Below are positions 9,441-20,225 of a stretch of 64,000 nucleotides of DNA, one piece after another. The stretch spans positions 3,712,001 to 3,776,000 of the forward strand of contig OZ241986.1 of NCBI GenBank assembly GCA_965204375.1, given 5' to 3'. A program made the position numbers and the translations under genes. The notes beneath the pieces were generated by a model, which had not been told where the DNA came from, searched no databases, and saw only the letters and a program-made list of their open reading frames with translations. The DNA is from Candidatus Latescibacterota bacterium (lineage in GTDB: Bacteria; Latescibacterota; UBA2968). The stretch's first letter is position 1. The number at the start of each line of letters is the position of its first letter.

Positions 9441-11924
9441 CTATCCCGGCGTACCGCCGTAATAAAAAACAACCTCTCGCACTCTGGTCTCACCGCTGCC
9501 CAGATCTTCAACTGTAATCTCCAAAACATTCACACCAGCTTTTGCCTTCCTCAGGTCGAGTTCGACATATTCGTACTCGGACCGCTCCTTCCCCACCTGC
9601 TCGTAGGTCACCGACACCTGAGGTTTTCTTCGTTTGAAGAGCGAACGGAGCCCGGTCGTAATCGCTCCGGCAATTCCCACAGTAGCTTCAGGCGTGAACC
9701 GCACCAGGTATTTTACCTTATAATGGGTCTGACCGTAGTCATTCCGTTTCAGGTTATAGATCTCGAAATAGGCATAGACCTTCTGCTCCTTCGTGTATGT
9801 CCTGGAAGGCACCGGAACCACCCAGAGTTCGCCCTTTCGAAATCGGTCGTTCGTCCCTTCATCCCCAATCGAAGAAGCGAGTTGGATACCGCTGACATGG
9901 AGGCCTTCCGATGCATAGTCCGGGACCTCTACAGACTGTTTATATATCCCGGTGTGTCCCGAAGCCATGTCTTTGAGTTGAACCTGTAGCTCGTATTTCC
10001 CGGGAGGTACCTGAACTTGAAGCTGGTCGGGCACAAACACCCCCCTCGCCTTACTGAAACCCTTGCTATTCTGGTAAAAAAACTCATCTGTAGCGCGGTA
10101 AATATGGGTGTAATCCTCGTTCATCAGCGCCATGGAACTCTGCACCCGGATCATGAAGTCCTCGTCTCCCTTGACGATCTCCACCTCGCGGGGGGGAATA
10201 CCGTAATAGACTTCGAAATTGGTCTGTCCCTCGGAACCGCGGAAATCGGCCAGATCGTAATAGAAATGCAGCGCGGCACCTCGCATGCTCGGACGATAAT
10301 AATCGGGGGTTTGTGCAATGGTCCTCTGGAAGACCGTCCCGGGAGCATACTCGAGCATTCGCGCGGCATTTGCGAGCTTATTCTCTCCGGTGGGAATGGG
10401 GGGAACCCGGGCAAACTCGTAGTCGCCGCTGCCGAACTCATCGGTAAAAGTAAACTCCACACCTCCCTGGAGTTGGGTGTAGGTCCACGTTTCCCAGGGC
10501 ACGGTTTCAGCGCTGCGTTCCATCGTCACGGGCGCGTAGTTTTCGAAGGTGAGGCGGAGGTTTGGATTTCCCAACTCATCCAACATACTCGTGGGATTCA
10601 GGCCGAGCATGTCGGCGTTGGCATCTCCTTCTGCTTCTGCCGGAGCCGGACCCACGGTCTCTTCCAACTCCCCGGGCGCGTCGAGGGACCCCGTTTCGAT
10701 ATCGAACTCCATATCGGGGCGACGAGGACTGGATCGGATGGGAAAGACCGGCCCGGTAAAGGTTAAATACGTGGCGGCAGGACCGTAAAGGTCCACGGCC
10801 ATCCGGGTGCGCACCGCCTCGACCTCAGGGCTCATACTCAACTGCCTCTTACTGGAACGGTAGTCGGGCTCACCGTAGCGAATATAGACCTCTCCCCGCT
10901 TGTCCCATGGGAATACCTTTTTGGAAAAAAAGGTGCGTGCGTACCAGACCCTGCGGTAATGTTCAATAATGCGCTCGTTGATCCGCGTCAAGATATCGGA
11001 ATCCCGACGCAACCAGAATTTTTCCAGATAGTCCAGACGCTCGGTGCTGTCAGAGATCGCTTGATAGGCGTGAAATTCCCTCTCAGACGCAACGAGCGAG
11101 ATGTCGGTATAGTGCTGGCGCTCTTGATCATCCACCTTTTTCAGATAGCGCTCGAACTGTTCTAAGGCGGTTTCATAGCGCTCTAAAAAGAAGTAGCCCT
11201 GGGCTATTAAGGGGATCAGCCGGGTCTCCATGAGATGCGGTTTCAGGTGAGGCGTGAGGTATGTGTTGATCTTGCTGTACTGTTCACCCTGCACACAGGC
11301 GAGCCCGAAGTAGTAAAGCCCATCTACATTGTCGGGCTCCAGCGCGACGTACTTCTCATAGTAGTGGATGGCTTTCTCGTGATCCTGCCAGAAGCGCTCG
11401 TAGAGTTCGCCCAAAAGCCGGTAGGCCGGGGCATAAGTAGAATCAATCCTGACCGCACGCCTGGCCTCGCCTCGAGCGCGCCTGGAGTTAAAGAAAGCAT
11501 TGAGTCCCCTACCAGGGCCCTCCACATAGACCAACCCGAGCCCCACATAGGCATCGGGACGGGTTGCATCCAGCTTTTTGGCCGTTTTGAAGGTCTTTTC
11601 GGCCTCCTTGAAGTCCCGATTTTTGAGATAGGCGTAGCCGAGCTGAGAGTGAAGAGCGGCATCCTCTGGATAAGCCTCAACCAGCCGGGTGAAGGTGACG
11701 ACCGCATCGCCGGATGCGCCTTCGAGCATCTGTCGCTCTCCCCGGGCAAGCAGAGTGTCCTTCTCGGCTTTGGAAAGTACCACCTTCTGTTCTGTTTCAC
11801 CCTCTTCACGAGCAGAAACGGCAGATACGAGGATCGCAACCCCTACCAAAAAGATCCAATTGCAGGGAAATTTGTTCCGGTTTCCCCGGTCTCGTAATCG
11901 ACTCAATCCGGTCAAAGCATTCAT
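9441..11924 (-). CDS. TPR-containing GWxTD-domain-like exported protein
   Basis: Hydrophobic N-terminus, several TPR-like helices, FWLRRD..NE..EHYRRVWYAR..F...WDKRGEVYIRYGEPD; AAGGAG before ATG 11924 (ORF open to 11975). Confidence 0.8.
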   Translation of the reverse strand: MNALTGLSRLRDRGNRNKFPCNWIFLVGVAILVSAVSAREEGETEQKVVLSKAEKDTLLARGERQMLEGASGDAVVTFTRLVEAYPEDAALHSQLGYAYLKNRDFKEAEKTFKTAKKLDATRPDAYVGLGLVYVEGPGRGLNAFFNSRRARGEARRAVRIDSTYAPAYRLLGELYERFWQDHEKAIHYYEKYVALEPDNVDGLYYFGLACVQGEQYSKINTYLTPHLKPHLMETRLIPLIAQGYFFLERYETALEQFERYLKKVDDQERQHYTDISLVASEREFHAYQAISDSTERLDYLEKFWLRRDSDILTRINERIIEHYRRVWYARTFFSKKVFPWDKRGEVYIRYGEPDYRSSKRQLSMSPEVEAVRTRMAVDLYGPAATYLTFTGPVFPIRSSPRRPDMEFDIETGSLDAPGELEETVGPAPAEAEGDANADMLGLNPTSMLDELGNPNLRLTFENYAPVTMERSAETVPWETWTYTQLQGGVEFTFTDEFGSGDYEFARVPPIPTGENKLANAARMLEYAPGTVFQRTIAQTPDYYRPSMRGAALHFYYDLADFRGSEGQTNFEVYYGIPPREVEIVKGDEDFMIRVQSSMALMNEDYTHIYRATDEFFYQNSKGFSKARGVFVPDQLQVQVPPGKYELQVQLKDMASGHTGIYKQSVEVPDYASEGLHVSGIQLASSIGDEGTNDRFRKGELWVVPVPSRTYTKEQKVYAYFEIYNLKRNDYGQTHYKVKYLVRFTPEATVGIAGAITTGLRSLFKRRKPQVSVTYEQVGKERSEYEYVELDLRKAKAGVNVLEITVEDLGSGETRVREVVFYYGGTPG

Positions 11925-11947
11925 CGCACCCTTCTCCTTATTCCGCT

Positions 11948-12871
11948 CTACTTTGCCTTTGCGGTAAAGCCCCATTCTTTGCGGAATTCCCCAATGGATT
12001 TTCGATCTTCCAGAGGGGCCTTGGGAATAACGTCGCCCGCATCCTCTCCCATATGGCGATCGTCAACCGCTTCGGATGCGAGCTGATAGCGGGTATCGCT
12101 GCTAAAGCGGAAATAGTTGGACGTGTTTTCAAGCGAGGCGTGCATGAAATACATGCCGAAGATGACGACATCGCCCGCGTTAAAAGGGGTAGATGCCCAC
12201 CGGACATCCAGAGTTTTCATAACGTCATCGGGATCGGTGGAAAACGCGCCCCCATCCAGATCTTGATGCGCGTCCATCGCGCCGTAAGTATTTTTTAGAT
12301 GCTGGATTTTATGGGAGCCTAAACAGAGGGCAAGCGGGCCCATATCCAGAGATATATCGCCGAGCGCGGTCCACATCGTATAGAGGTTTTTGGTGCCAGC
12401 ACCCATATAGACCACATCGTAATGCGCCCCCGCATTCTGACCGCGGCAGATCACGCGGAGCCATTTGTGATCAAATGAAAGAACAGGGCCACCCATAAAG
12501 CGTTCGAAGAAGGCCATGGTGTTTTTGCCTTCAACGATTTCGAGAAATCCCGGCCATTGTTTCACAAGTCGGTCCGCAAAGCGGGGACGGCGATTCTCGC
12601 CAATCACCGCCTCGTCTATAGGCGTGTTCGGGGCAAGGAGATTCTGGGCGGCCATGTTTTCCAGGATTTCTCTCCGGGCATTTTGAATTTGCTGCCGCGT
12701 ATGAAAATTGCGAATAATGAGATAGCCGTCTTCTTCAATGCGCTGGTGAAGGGCCTCGGTATCGTCGAGCAGGTGGGTGGCTTCACTGGGGGTGAAAATA
12801 GTTTCGCCAAAGACGAGTTCGCGTCCAGACATCGAAACCCGGGTACCGTCGGGAATGTTAAAATTGGACAT
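11948..12871 (-). CDS. PhyH family dioxygenase
   Basis: EEDGYL, HYDVVYMG, WTALGDI...GPL....GSH, MHAS, RFSSDTRYQ. Confidence 0.88.
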   Translation of the reverse strand: MSNFNIPDGTRVSMSGRELVFGETIFTPSEATHLLDDTEALHQRIEEDGYLIIRNFHTRQQIQNARREILENMAAQNLLAPNTPIDEAVIGENRRPRFADRLVKQWPGFLEIVEGKNTMAFFERFMGGPVLSFDHKWLRVICRGQNAGAHYDVVYMGAGTKNLYTMWTALGDISLDMGPLALCLGSHKIQHLKNTYGAMDAHQDLDGGAFSTDPDDVMKTLDVRWASTPFNAGDVVIFGMYFMHASLENTSNYFRFSSDTRYQLASEAVDDRHMGEDAGDVIPKAPLEDRKSIGEFRKEWGFTAKAK

Positions 12872-13076
12872 GGGTATTCTCCTTAGAGATGAGAGTTCCT
12901 GAGGGTCGTTGATTCTTCTTCGACTAATCTTTGCTCATCAAAGATGGGGAAGAGCCTTCTTCATACGCTATCCAGAGTTGTAAGTCGCAGAGGATGCGCG
13001 CGTCACTGCCTGGTGTATTGTGAGCAATCTCAATGACTACCTTCAAAAGTGTTTCGAGACCAGAGAAAAGTCAACT

Positions 13077-14663
13077 CTAACCTGAGCCGATTCCCGAATC
13101 ACCCCGGACATGCCTTTCCCATACATCATACATCTCGGCCATCTCTTTCACCAGATCCGGGTATTGATCCGCAAGGTCATTCACCTCTGTTCGATCAACC
13201 TCCATATCGTAAAGTTCCCAAAGCGAATTCGGGTCCGGCCACGCTTTTTGTTCTGACCTTGCCTCTCTTTCAGGACGCCAGGGATTGTAATCTCTCCAAT
13301 AATCAGGAGAGACGAGTTTCCATTTTCCCATTCTCACAGCACGCCAGAGGGCGGTCTCACTATACTGATTCCAGTACAGCGCCCTGTGGCCCTCGCGCTG
13401 TTCGCCTCTGAAGACCGGCAGCAGGCTCTTGCCTTCCAGGGGCAGGACGCCTTTGTGGGAGGACGGGTATTCCGCCCCTGCAATATCTGTACAGGTAGCC
13501 ATAACATCGATGAGGTGACCGATCTGATGGGTGATCTCGCCCCCGTTTTGAATCACGCGCGGCCAGTGTGCGATAAACGGTGTAGAGATGCCTCCCTCGT
13601 GGTTCCACCGCTTGAATTTGCGAAAAGGCGTATTGCTGAGATTGGCCCAGGGCAGATCTACCGTACGGTACGACGCCATGGGACCGGGCGGAATATCGGG
13701 GGTGCTGGTCCTGTCTTCATCGCTGGCGCCGTTGTCGGACAGAAACAGCACGAGGGTGTTTTCCTCTATACCGAGCTCGCGGAGTTTGGCCTGAAGGCGT
13801 CCGACATTCTGGTCCACGCGGTCAATCATGGCCGCGTAAACAGCCATCTTTAGATCCCAGGCATCTCGATCCTCAATCTCCTCCCACGACAGCGAATCCG
13901 GATCGCGCGCCGAAAGGGCCCACCGCTCGTCAATCAGGCCCATCTCGACCATGCACTCGAGGCGCTGCTCCCGCAACCTGTCCCAACCGACTTTGTATTT
14001 GCCCTTATACTTTGCGATGTCCCTCGGCCAGGCGTGCAGAGGATAGTGCGGCGCAGTATAGGCCACGTAGAGAAAGAAAGGTCTGTCTTCCCGCCCGTAC
14101 TCGTCCAGGTATCCAAGGGCGTAATCGGTGAACGCGTCGGTGGAGTAGAAGTCCTTGTCTTCGGGTGTGTAGGGCTGAATGACCCTGTCGTCGATGGCAA
14201 ATGCGGGATTGTCGTCCGGAAATTTTTCACCGGGCCGTTCTTCACCGGGTCGTTGCAGACCCGGGTTAAAGAAATTGCAGCATCCATCGACGAGGCCGTA
14301 ATAGCGGTCGAAACCCCGTTCGACGGGTAATCCAGAGAAAAGCCCAGACAGATGCCATTTTCCCGCCATGAGGGTGCGGTAGCCGGCAGCCTTGAGTACC
14401 TCGGCGATGGTAACGCAGCTCTTCGGCCCTCCCCTGCTGACTTGCTGGGAGTAAAGCCCGGTCAGCAGAGACGCCCGCGTAGGTGCGCACAGGGCATTGT
14501 TGTAAAACTGGGTGAAGCGAAGGCCGTTTGAGGCAAGCCGGTCGAGGTTGGGGGTACGGATCTCGCCGCCATAGCATCCCAGGTCGGAAAATCCCAGATC
14601 ATCGACCATAATCAAGAGAATATTCGGTCTTGAGCTATTTTCCGTCAATCTACTCGAGTTCAT
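13077..14663 (-). CDS. Arylsulfatase (S1, Cys-type)
   Basis: RPNILLIMVDDLGFSDLGCYG, CAPTRASLLTG, GKWHL, APHYPLHA, SDNG. Confidence 0.92.
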   Translation of the reverse strand: MNSSRLTENSSRPNILLIMVDDLGFSDLGCYGGEIRTPNLDRLASNGLRFTQFYNNALCAPTRASLLTGLYSQQVSRGGPKSCVTIAEVLKAAGYRTLMAGKWHLSGLFSGLPVERGFDRYYGLVDGCCNFFNPGLQRPGEERPGEKFPDDNPAFAIDDRVIQPYTPEDKDFYSTDAFTDYALGYLDEYGREDRPFFLYVAYTAPHYPLHAWPRDIAKYKGKYKVGWDRLREQRLECMVEMGLIDERWALSARDPDSLSWEEIEDRDAWDLKMAVYAAMIDRVDQNVGRLQAKLRELGIEENTLVLFLSDNGASDEDRTSTPDIPPGPMASYRTVDLPWANLSNTPFRKFKRWNHEGGISTPFIAHWPRVIQNGGEITHQIGHLIDVMATCTDIAGAEYPSSHKGVLPLEGKSLLPVFRGEQREGHRALYWNQYSETALWRAVRMGKWKLVSPDYWRDYNPWRPEREARSEQKAWPDPNSLWELYDMEVDRTEVNDLADQYPDLVKEMAEMYDVWERHVRGDSGIGSG

Positions 14664-14677
14664 CTAATATCTCCTTA

Positions 14678-16690
14678 TTACCAACCGTGAACATAATGCC
14701 CATCTCCGAGGGGGAACCAGATGTAGTCAACAAGGGAGGAGAGAAAGACCCCTGCGACGTATCCTATCGGAAGACCGATAAAAAAAGGAGCTGCGCGGCG
14801 ATACAGACCAATGCCCCCGATGCGCATAATCAGGCTCTTGGCGGTCCAGGTCAGGAAGATGGAGAAGGCGTAGATACGGGGACCCGTGGTATTCTGGAAG
14901 GCCAGGCCAAGGGGATGAAGGGGCCACCAGGACAGGCGGTTGCGCAACAATACCAGGAGCAGAACCTCCAGAGCACCGAAAAGACAAACACCTACCTTGG
15001 CGGGGTCGAAGACGGTAAGATCGCTCTCCAGAACTTTCGCCGCCAGCCTGTTGTACGGAGCGACCAGTGATCCCGCCGGGTTAAAAGGTCCTTTGTGCAA
15101 ATTCTGTCCACCGTAGATGTAGGGCAAGTAGATCACGAAGAAGAAGGAGGCGAACAGGCCCGCGAGAAACGCCAGCAGAACGAGCCAGACGACGAGTGAT
15201 CGCCTGCGGGTGAGGCTACTGAGAAGTTTGAAGTGGTGGGGCAGCGCAGGCCAGGCCGGAATGCGGAGATTGCCGAAGAAGGCACCCGTGTTGACCATGC
15301 CGATGCCGACGAGGTCTCCCCGAGAGAGGTTCGCGGTGCCGACCAGGGTCTCCAGCATAGGTCCCCCTTTTACGGCCACTGGAAAAAGATGGGTAAACCC
15401 GCTGGCGGCCGTGAACTTGGCAACGGTCAGGTAGGCGATGTAGAGCATTAGAGTGTGGGCAATGGCCATTGGGAGCGATATCCCGAAGGCGTGCATCAAG
15501 CCGACGATGAAGACGGTAGAGATCCCGAGCCCGAGCAGGGCAATCCGATAGGACGCGGTCCCCTCATCTTTCGGATCACCCACGCCCCCGAGTGCGGTGC
15601 GCCAGACCCGCTGCAGATGGCCCCGCGCGACCCAGACCGACCAGAGCGCCAACAGGACCATTGCGCCGTAGCCCTCCAGATCGAGGATTCCACTGGGAGG
15701 AGCCTGTTGCCCGGACAGTCCAATACCGAAGCCAGTGCGGTTCATGATCCCCAGTTTGAAGATCGCCAGCAGGCGGAACGCCCAGAGGCTGAGCAGGATA
15801 TCCAGGTTGCAGAAGTAGGTAAGCCCGATCACCGTAGGCAGGACGCGGAGATAGACCGGAGGAAAGTCCCTGCTTACATGCACCGCCTTGGTCAGGTAGA
15901 ATCCAAAAACGGTGATTTCGGGCAATACGACCGCGAAGTAACCTGCGATATTCCAGAGAAAGATACCAAATACCAGAAAAAAGCCCGCCCAAAAGACACC
16001 ATCGCGGAAGAGGCGGGGTACCCGCCCCGGCTCGTCGAATCCCGACGTCAACGCCACGGCAAATTGCGCAAGCGGATAGGTCAACCGCTCGGCATCCTCC
16101 CACTGGCGCTGGAGGATGATAAACGCACAGATGCCGGCTGTGAGCACAGCGATGGGGATCGCCGTACCCCAGAAGAGGGGCCTGACCCACCCGATCCAGG
16201 GCACGGGTGTCTCGGGCGCAAGGCCGTCGTAATAGGGCCGTATAACGGCCGGAGACGCATCGGGCATATACCACCAGGGCAGGGCGTCGAAGAACGCCTC
16301 TTCCCACCGGTTCTCGGGGGAGGCGAAGTAGGTGGGTGCAGCCAGAGTACTCGCCCAGTAGCCGGTAAAACCCTCAAAGGGGATGTTTCCGGCGATTCAG
16401 GACATGCTGTAGATCACCAGGAGTTCGGTACCGCTCAACGCCGCCCGGGGGAAGAATGCCTTCAGGCCCAGATTGACAAAGAGCCAGAGACCAAACGGGA
16501 TCAGCATCGCCATCGGAAACTGGGACTTGTTCAGGGAAAAGGAGCCCATGACCATGCCGGCATAGTCGGCATAGATGTTGAGAATTACGACAGTGGCCGC
16601 GCCCAGGAGAACGGAGCGGAGGGTGATGCGGGCGGACGCCTTCTCGGGAGCCTGGCTGGCGTTGGTGTCAAGAGTTGAAGAATCTGGCAT
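14678..16690 (-). pseudogene. DUF6785/DUF6784-like polytopic membrane protein interrupted by one in-frame TGA (16397-16399)
   Basis: ORF pieces 16397-16690 and 14678-16267 share a frame; read-through gives IYSMS*IAGNIPFEGFTGYW..PTYFASPENRWEE, versus paralog IYSMSWIVGTMP...PTYYASPENRWEE. Confidence 0.8.
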
Positions 16691-16777
16691 GGAATCTGTT
16701 AAAAAATCGCAATGGCGCAAAAGCCACCCATTCAAACCAAAAGGACCCTGTCGGGTAAACTCTGCGCCACTTGAGAT

Positions 16778-16811
16778 TCCCTCGGCGCCACCTGAAAGGG
16801 AAGCCGAGGGA
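16778..16811 (-). terminator. Hairpin downstream of the PorV-like gene
   Basis: TCCCTCGGC (16778-16786) / GCCGAGGGA (16803-16811). Confidence 0.5.
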
Positions 16812-16825
16812 TTTTAGCCCGGCGG

Positions 16826-17821
16826 TTACAGCGAGCCGGAAAAACTCAGACGGATCGGGGCATCGAAATATTTCCCGAAGTCGGAGTAGGCGATGTCCAG
16901 CCGAATATTTCGACCTGAGAAGGTGCCCTTCAGCCCCGCGCCGACGGTCCACGATTCTGCATCGTAGTCAAACTTATAGCCCGCGCGCAGCGCGACGATA
17001 TTTTTCAACCACAACTCGCCGCCCAGATTATAGCGCTGATCGCGGTCAGTGAAGTAGGCCCCCTCAAAGGAGGCGGTTAGCGACATCGGATCGCCCAACT
17101 CGCCGACGACCTCCATCGAGGTGCCCAGATTGAACACCACCGGAAATTCCGCGGGGTCGCTGTGGATCTTCATCTCGTTGCCCAGATTGTTAATACCCAT
17201 GCCGATGCGGAGGCTGCGGTAGCCAGTGTGCAGCAGCGTGTAGAGACTCAGCGAAGTCCCACCCAGCTTTTCCGGACCGAGATTGGACTGGACAAATGAG
17301 AACTTGGCAGCCGCTGAAAGCTTGTCGGTCAACTGACGGGCAAAAATCACACCTAAGGCGTAGTCACCTACATCCAGCATTTCTCCTGTGCCATTGGGCT
17401 CCAGAATGGTGGTCCGTTCGATCTCTGGAGGTTGGTGGTTGACCACGGAAATGCCCAGCATAGCGTTCCACCCGACATTGAGGGCGACAGCGCCAGAGTA
17501 GAACTTAGAACCTACCAGCCACTGCGCGTATCCGAAGGAATAACCCAACCGCCGCACCGAGGTGATACCGGCCGGATTCAAATAGATCGCATCCATGCCC
17601 TCGGCAACAGAGGTATAGGCGTCGCCCATCGCCGCAATACGGGCACTGGGTGTGACCTTCAGGAAGGCGAGCGTGCTCGGTCCTTGCTTTTCAAAAGCTC
17701 CGGTAACCTTGTCATTAAACAGGTGCGGCACGTCCAGTTCTTGCTGTGCCTCCGCCCCCAGCGTGCCGCAGACGGCAATCGCGATCGTAAATAAGAGAAT
17801 TCTTTTCATAGTTGAAACCAT
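16826..17821 (-). CDS. PorV/PorQ (UPF0164)-family outer-membrane beta-barrel
   Basis: Signal peptide (start may be 17809); FLKVTPSARIAAMGDA...IYLNPAG; ALRAGY; amphipathic strands. Confidence 0.85.
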   Translation of the reverse strand: MVSTMKRILLFTIAIAVCGTLGAEAQQELDVPHLFNDKVTGAFEKQGPSTLAFLKVTPSARIAAMGDAYTSVAEGMDAIYLNPAGITSVRRLGYSFGYAQWLVGSKFYSGAVALNVGWNAMLGISVVNHQPPEIERTTILEPNGTGEMLDVGDYALGVIFARQLTDKLSAAAKFSFVQSNLGPEKLGGTSLSLYTLLHTGYRSLRIGMGINNLGNEMKIHSDPAEFPVVFNLGTSMEVVGELGDPMSLTASFEGAYFTDRDQRYNLGGELWLKNIVALRAGYKFDYDAESWTVGAGLKGTFSGRNIRLDIAYSDFGKYFDAPIRLSFSGSL

Positions 17822-17837
17822 CCTTTATTTAAAGCAG

Positions 17838-20198
17838 CTACTTGTGCAGGATAAAGGCTCCTCGAGACAGCTTGCCCATGCTCTCCTGTACCTCGGATTC
17901 CACGACAAAATAGTACAGCCCGGAAATGACCTCTCCACTGAGGAATCGGTCCTTTAACTCCCAATTGGTCTCGCCGAGAAGCGGGTTGTCGTGTTTGATT
18001 AACGCCACCATATCGCCCGATACCGAAAAGATGCGGATCGTGCACTTGTGGGGCAATCCCACAAATCGCAAGCTCTCGGCACCCTGGTAACTCTGGCCGT
18101 CCAGAGTCACGCTGAACGGGTTGGGCACCACCCGCACCTGTCGCTCCAGATTGTCGCTCATTGTGCTACTGGCCATCTTTGGGCGCAGCGGCACATTGAC
18201 CTTTGTCTCTGGCGAGGAGTAGCCGCCCTCCAGTCCACTTCCCGTGAGGTGTTCCCGGACTTTCGGAGGCAAGTCGGCCAGGGTCACTGACCCTTCGCTC
18301 CAGTCCTGCTTGGGCGAAGCAACGGCGCGGACATTGTAGATATAGCGGAAGCCGGCCAGAGAGTTCGTATCTACATACTTATACGTTCCGGCACTGGTGG
18401 CAGGAACCTCTTCCACCAGTTCCCACGGACCGTATTCCTGAAAGGTAGATCGGTAGATCCGGTAGGCCACAACGTCGGCCGCCCCATATTCGGGATTAAT
18501 TGCCTTTTCAGCGGCGTCGGTCCACGAGAGCTCGATGTTGGCATCCTGGTTATTCCCCGCCTGGAAGTCCACATCCGGTGGGGCGTTGGGGATGCGAAAG
18601 CCGCTGTCGTATGCGAACTGGGCGTGCGACAGGTTCTGCAGGAGGGCCTTTTCACCCTGGGCGAGCACCTGCTTGCGAGCATCGTCATTCAGACCTCTTT
18701 CCCCCACCCCGAATGCCCAACTCATCTGGTCCCTTGCAAAACCGGTCCTGGAATCGACATTGCTCTCTTCTATGTCTCCGGCGTGGCCAAAGACGTAAGT
18801 GACCACGATCTTGGCCTTATCTCCCGGTGCCAGGTCGTAGGGACCGTAGATCTGGTCGGACCAGACGACCCCCTCCGTGGGGGGATCGGCCATCGAGGGA
18901 GCCGTGTAAATATCGTAGAGTTCGGCCATACCTACGCCCTTGCCGATGGGATCGTCGATATTATCAAGCCCGTGTGCCCTGAACCAGTGCCCCAGGACCT
19001 GGTCGCTCTTCGGATCCACGTAGCCCTGTACCAGATCGTTCGCGTTGAAGACGTGACTGGGACCGGAATTGCGAAATGCCAGAGGAGCAAACCCGGCATA
19101 TTCCGGCGCAATCGGTGTGCCCTTCGGCCGGTCTCCGCTGGCCGGGAAGGAACCACCGGGATTTTCAAGGTCGGGATCAAATGGATCTCCCGTGTCTTCC
19201 TCAAAGCTATTGGTGGTATTCCCGTCATATACATAGGTGATGTATTTGCCGGCGAAGTCCGCAGCGGTCAGGCCGCTGAGGGAATTGGGCTGAAAGCCGG
19301 GAGATTCCGAGAAACGGAAGAAATCGTCCAGCCCACCCGACCTGTTGTATCGGATCATCCCACCTTCGTGCCCCCACCGGTAAGAGGTACCGGTGGAGTT
19401 GACGTAGAGGGTGTTGTTGAAGCCGAAGTAGGTGTCATTGAGCTGCTTATCGCCCCGGTTCTCGAACTCGACATCCACGATAATGAAGTCGTCGAAGTCC
19501 TGGTGGCTCCAGGCGTATATCTTCCGCGTCATCACGATGTTGTGCTTGAACCGCGTCTGGGTGATGTGAATCTCCTCAGGCGCGTCCTGCACGGGTGGAT
19601 AGATATGGTAGTCGTAATTGTGAATTTCGTAGGGGTCGGCGGCCGTGGCATCGCCCGACTTGGGCGTTGCGCCGGGATACCAGTTGGCCATTTCCAGGCC
19701 GACCTTGATCCCTCTGGTGGGCACGACCGTGCGGATACCCCAATTGGCCTCCGGGCCGTTCAGGATGTCGTAGATCATCGGGAACACATCCTCCGAGGGG
19801 TGGCGCGGACCGGTCCATGAAACGTGCTTCTCCCCATCCACATTCGTGAGTACCAGCACGCCATTGCCGGATGAATGCATGGTGCCTTCGGACTTGTTCG
19901 CACCGTCAGACCAGGCCTTGTCACCCCAATATTCCATGTAATCGGTAGGATTCATCAGGGTGTAAAATCCCATCATCATGCCAGGGTAGATCAGACGGAA
20001 TGCAGCCCGGCCCGCGCTGTCGGCGTAGTGCATGCCGGAAAACCCATAATTGTGAAAGGTCTCCCAGACAAGCGAGCGCGTCATCATGCGGCTGGCGTAG
20101 TAATCGAGCTGGGCCGAAGCGGTCAGGGCGCCCGACAGCAGCAACGCCAGCGCCAGCAGGCCCACCCCAAGCCATTTCTTTATCAGAGATACAAACAT
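17838..20198 (-). CDS. Large secreted protein with Fn3-like domain and T9SS-like C-terminal sorting domain
   Basis: Signal peptide; PNAPP...IELSW...YRIYRS...YVD....GFRYIY; VRVVPNPF...LRFVGLP..CTIRIFSVSGD...W.L......SGLYYFVVES. Confidence 0.75.
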   Translation of the reverse strand: MFVSLIKKWLGVGLLALALLLSGALTASAQLDYYASRMMTRSLVWETFHNYGFSGMHYADSAGRAAFRLIYPGMMMGFYTLMNPTDYMEYWGDKAWSDGANKSEGTMHSSGNGVLVLTNVDGEKHVSWTGPRHPSEDVFPMIYDILNGPEANWGIRTVVPTRGIKVGLEMANWYPGATPKSGDATAADPYEIHNYDYHIYPPVQDAPEEIHITQTRFKHNIVMTRKIYAWSHQDFDDFIIVDVEFENRGDKQLNDTYFGFNNTLYVNSTGTSYRWGHEGGMIRYNRSGGLDDFFRFSESPGFQPNSLSGLTAADFAGKYITYVYDGNTTNSFEEDTGDPFDPDLENPGGSFPASGDRPKGTPIAPEYAGFAPLAFRNSGPSHVFNANDLVQGYVDPKSDQVLGHWFRAHGLDNIDDPIGKGVGMAELYDIYTAPSMADPPTEGVVWSDQIYGPYDLAPGDKAKIVVTYVFGHAGDIEESNVDSRTGFARDQMSWAFGVGERGLNDDARKQVLAQGEKALLQNLSHAQFAYDSGFRIPNAPPDVDFQAGNNQDANIELSWTDAAEKAINPEYGAADVVAYRIYRSTFQEYGPWELVEEVPATSAGTYKYVDTNSLAGFRYIYNVRAVASPKQDWSEGSVTLADLPPKVREHLTGSGLEGGYSSPETKVNVPLRPKMASSTMSDNLERQVRVVPNPFSVTLDGQSYQGAESLRFVGLPHKCTIRIFSVSGDMVALIKHDNPLLGETNWELKDRFLSGEVISGLYYFVVESEVQESMGKLSRGAFILHK

Positions 20199-20225
20199 TG
20201 AAATTCCTCCAGTGTATATTCAAGG

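Noticed and set aside
16397-16399. Selenocysteine or alternative genetic code at the in-frame TGA
   Set aside because: The aligned residue is Trp, not Cys, and TGA terminates many other genes in the window
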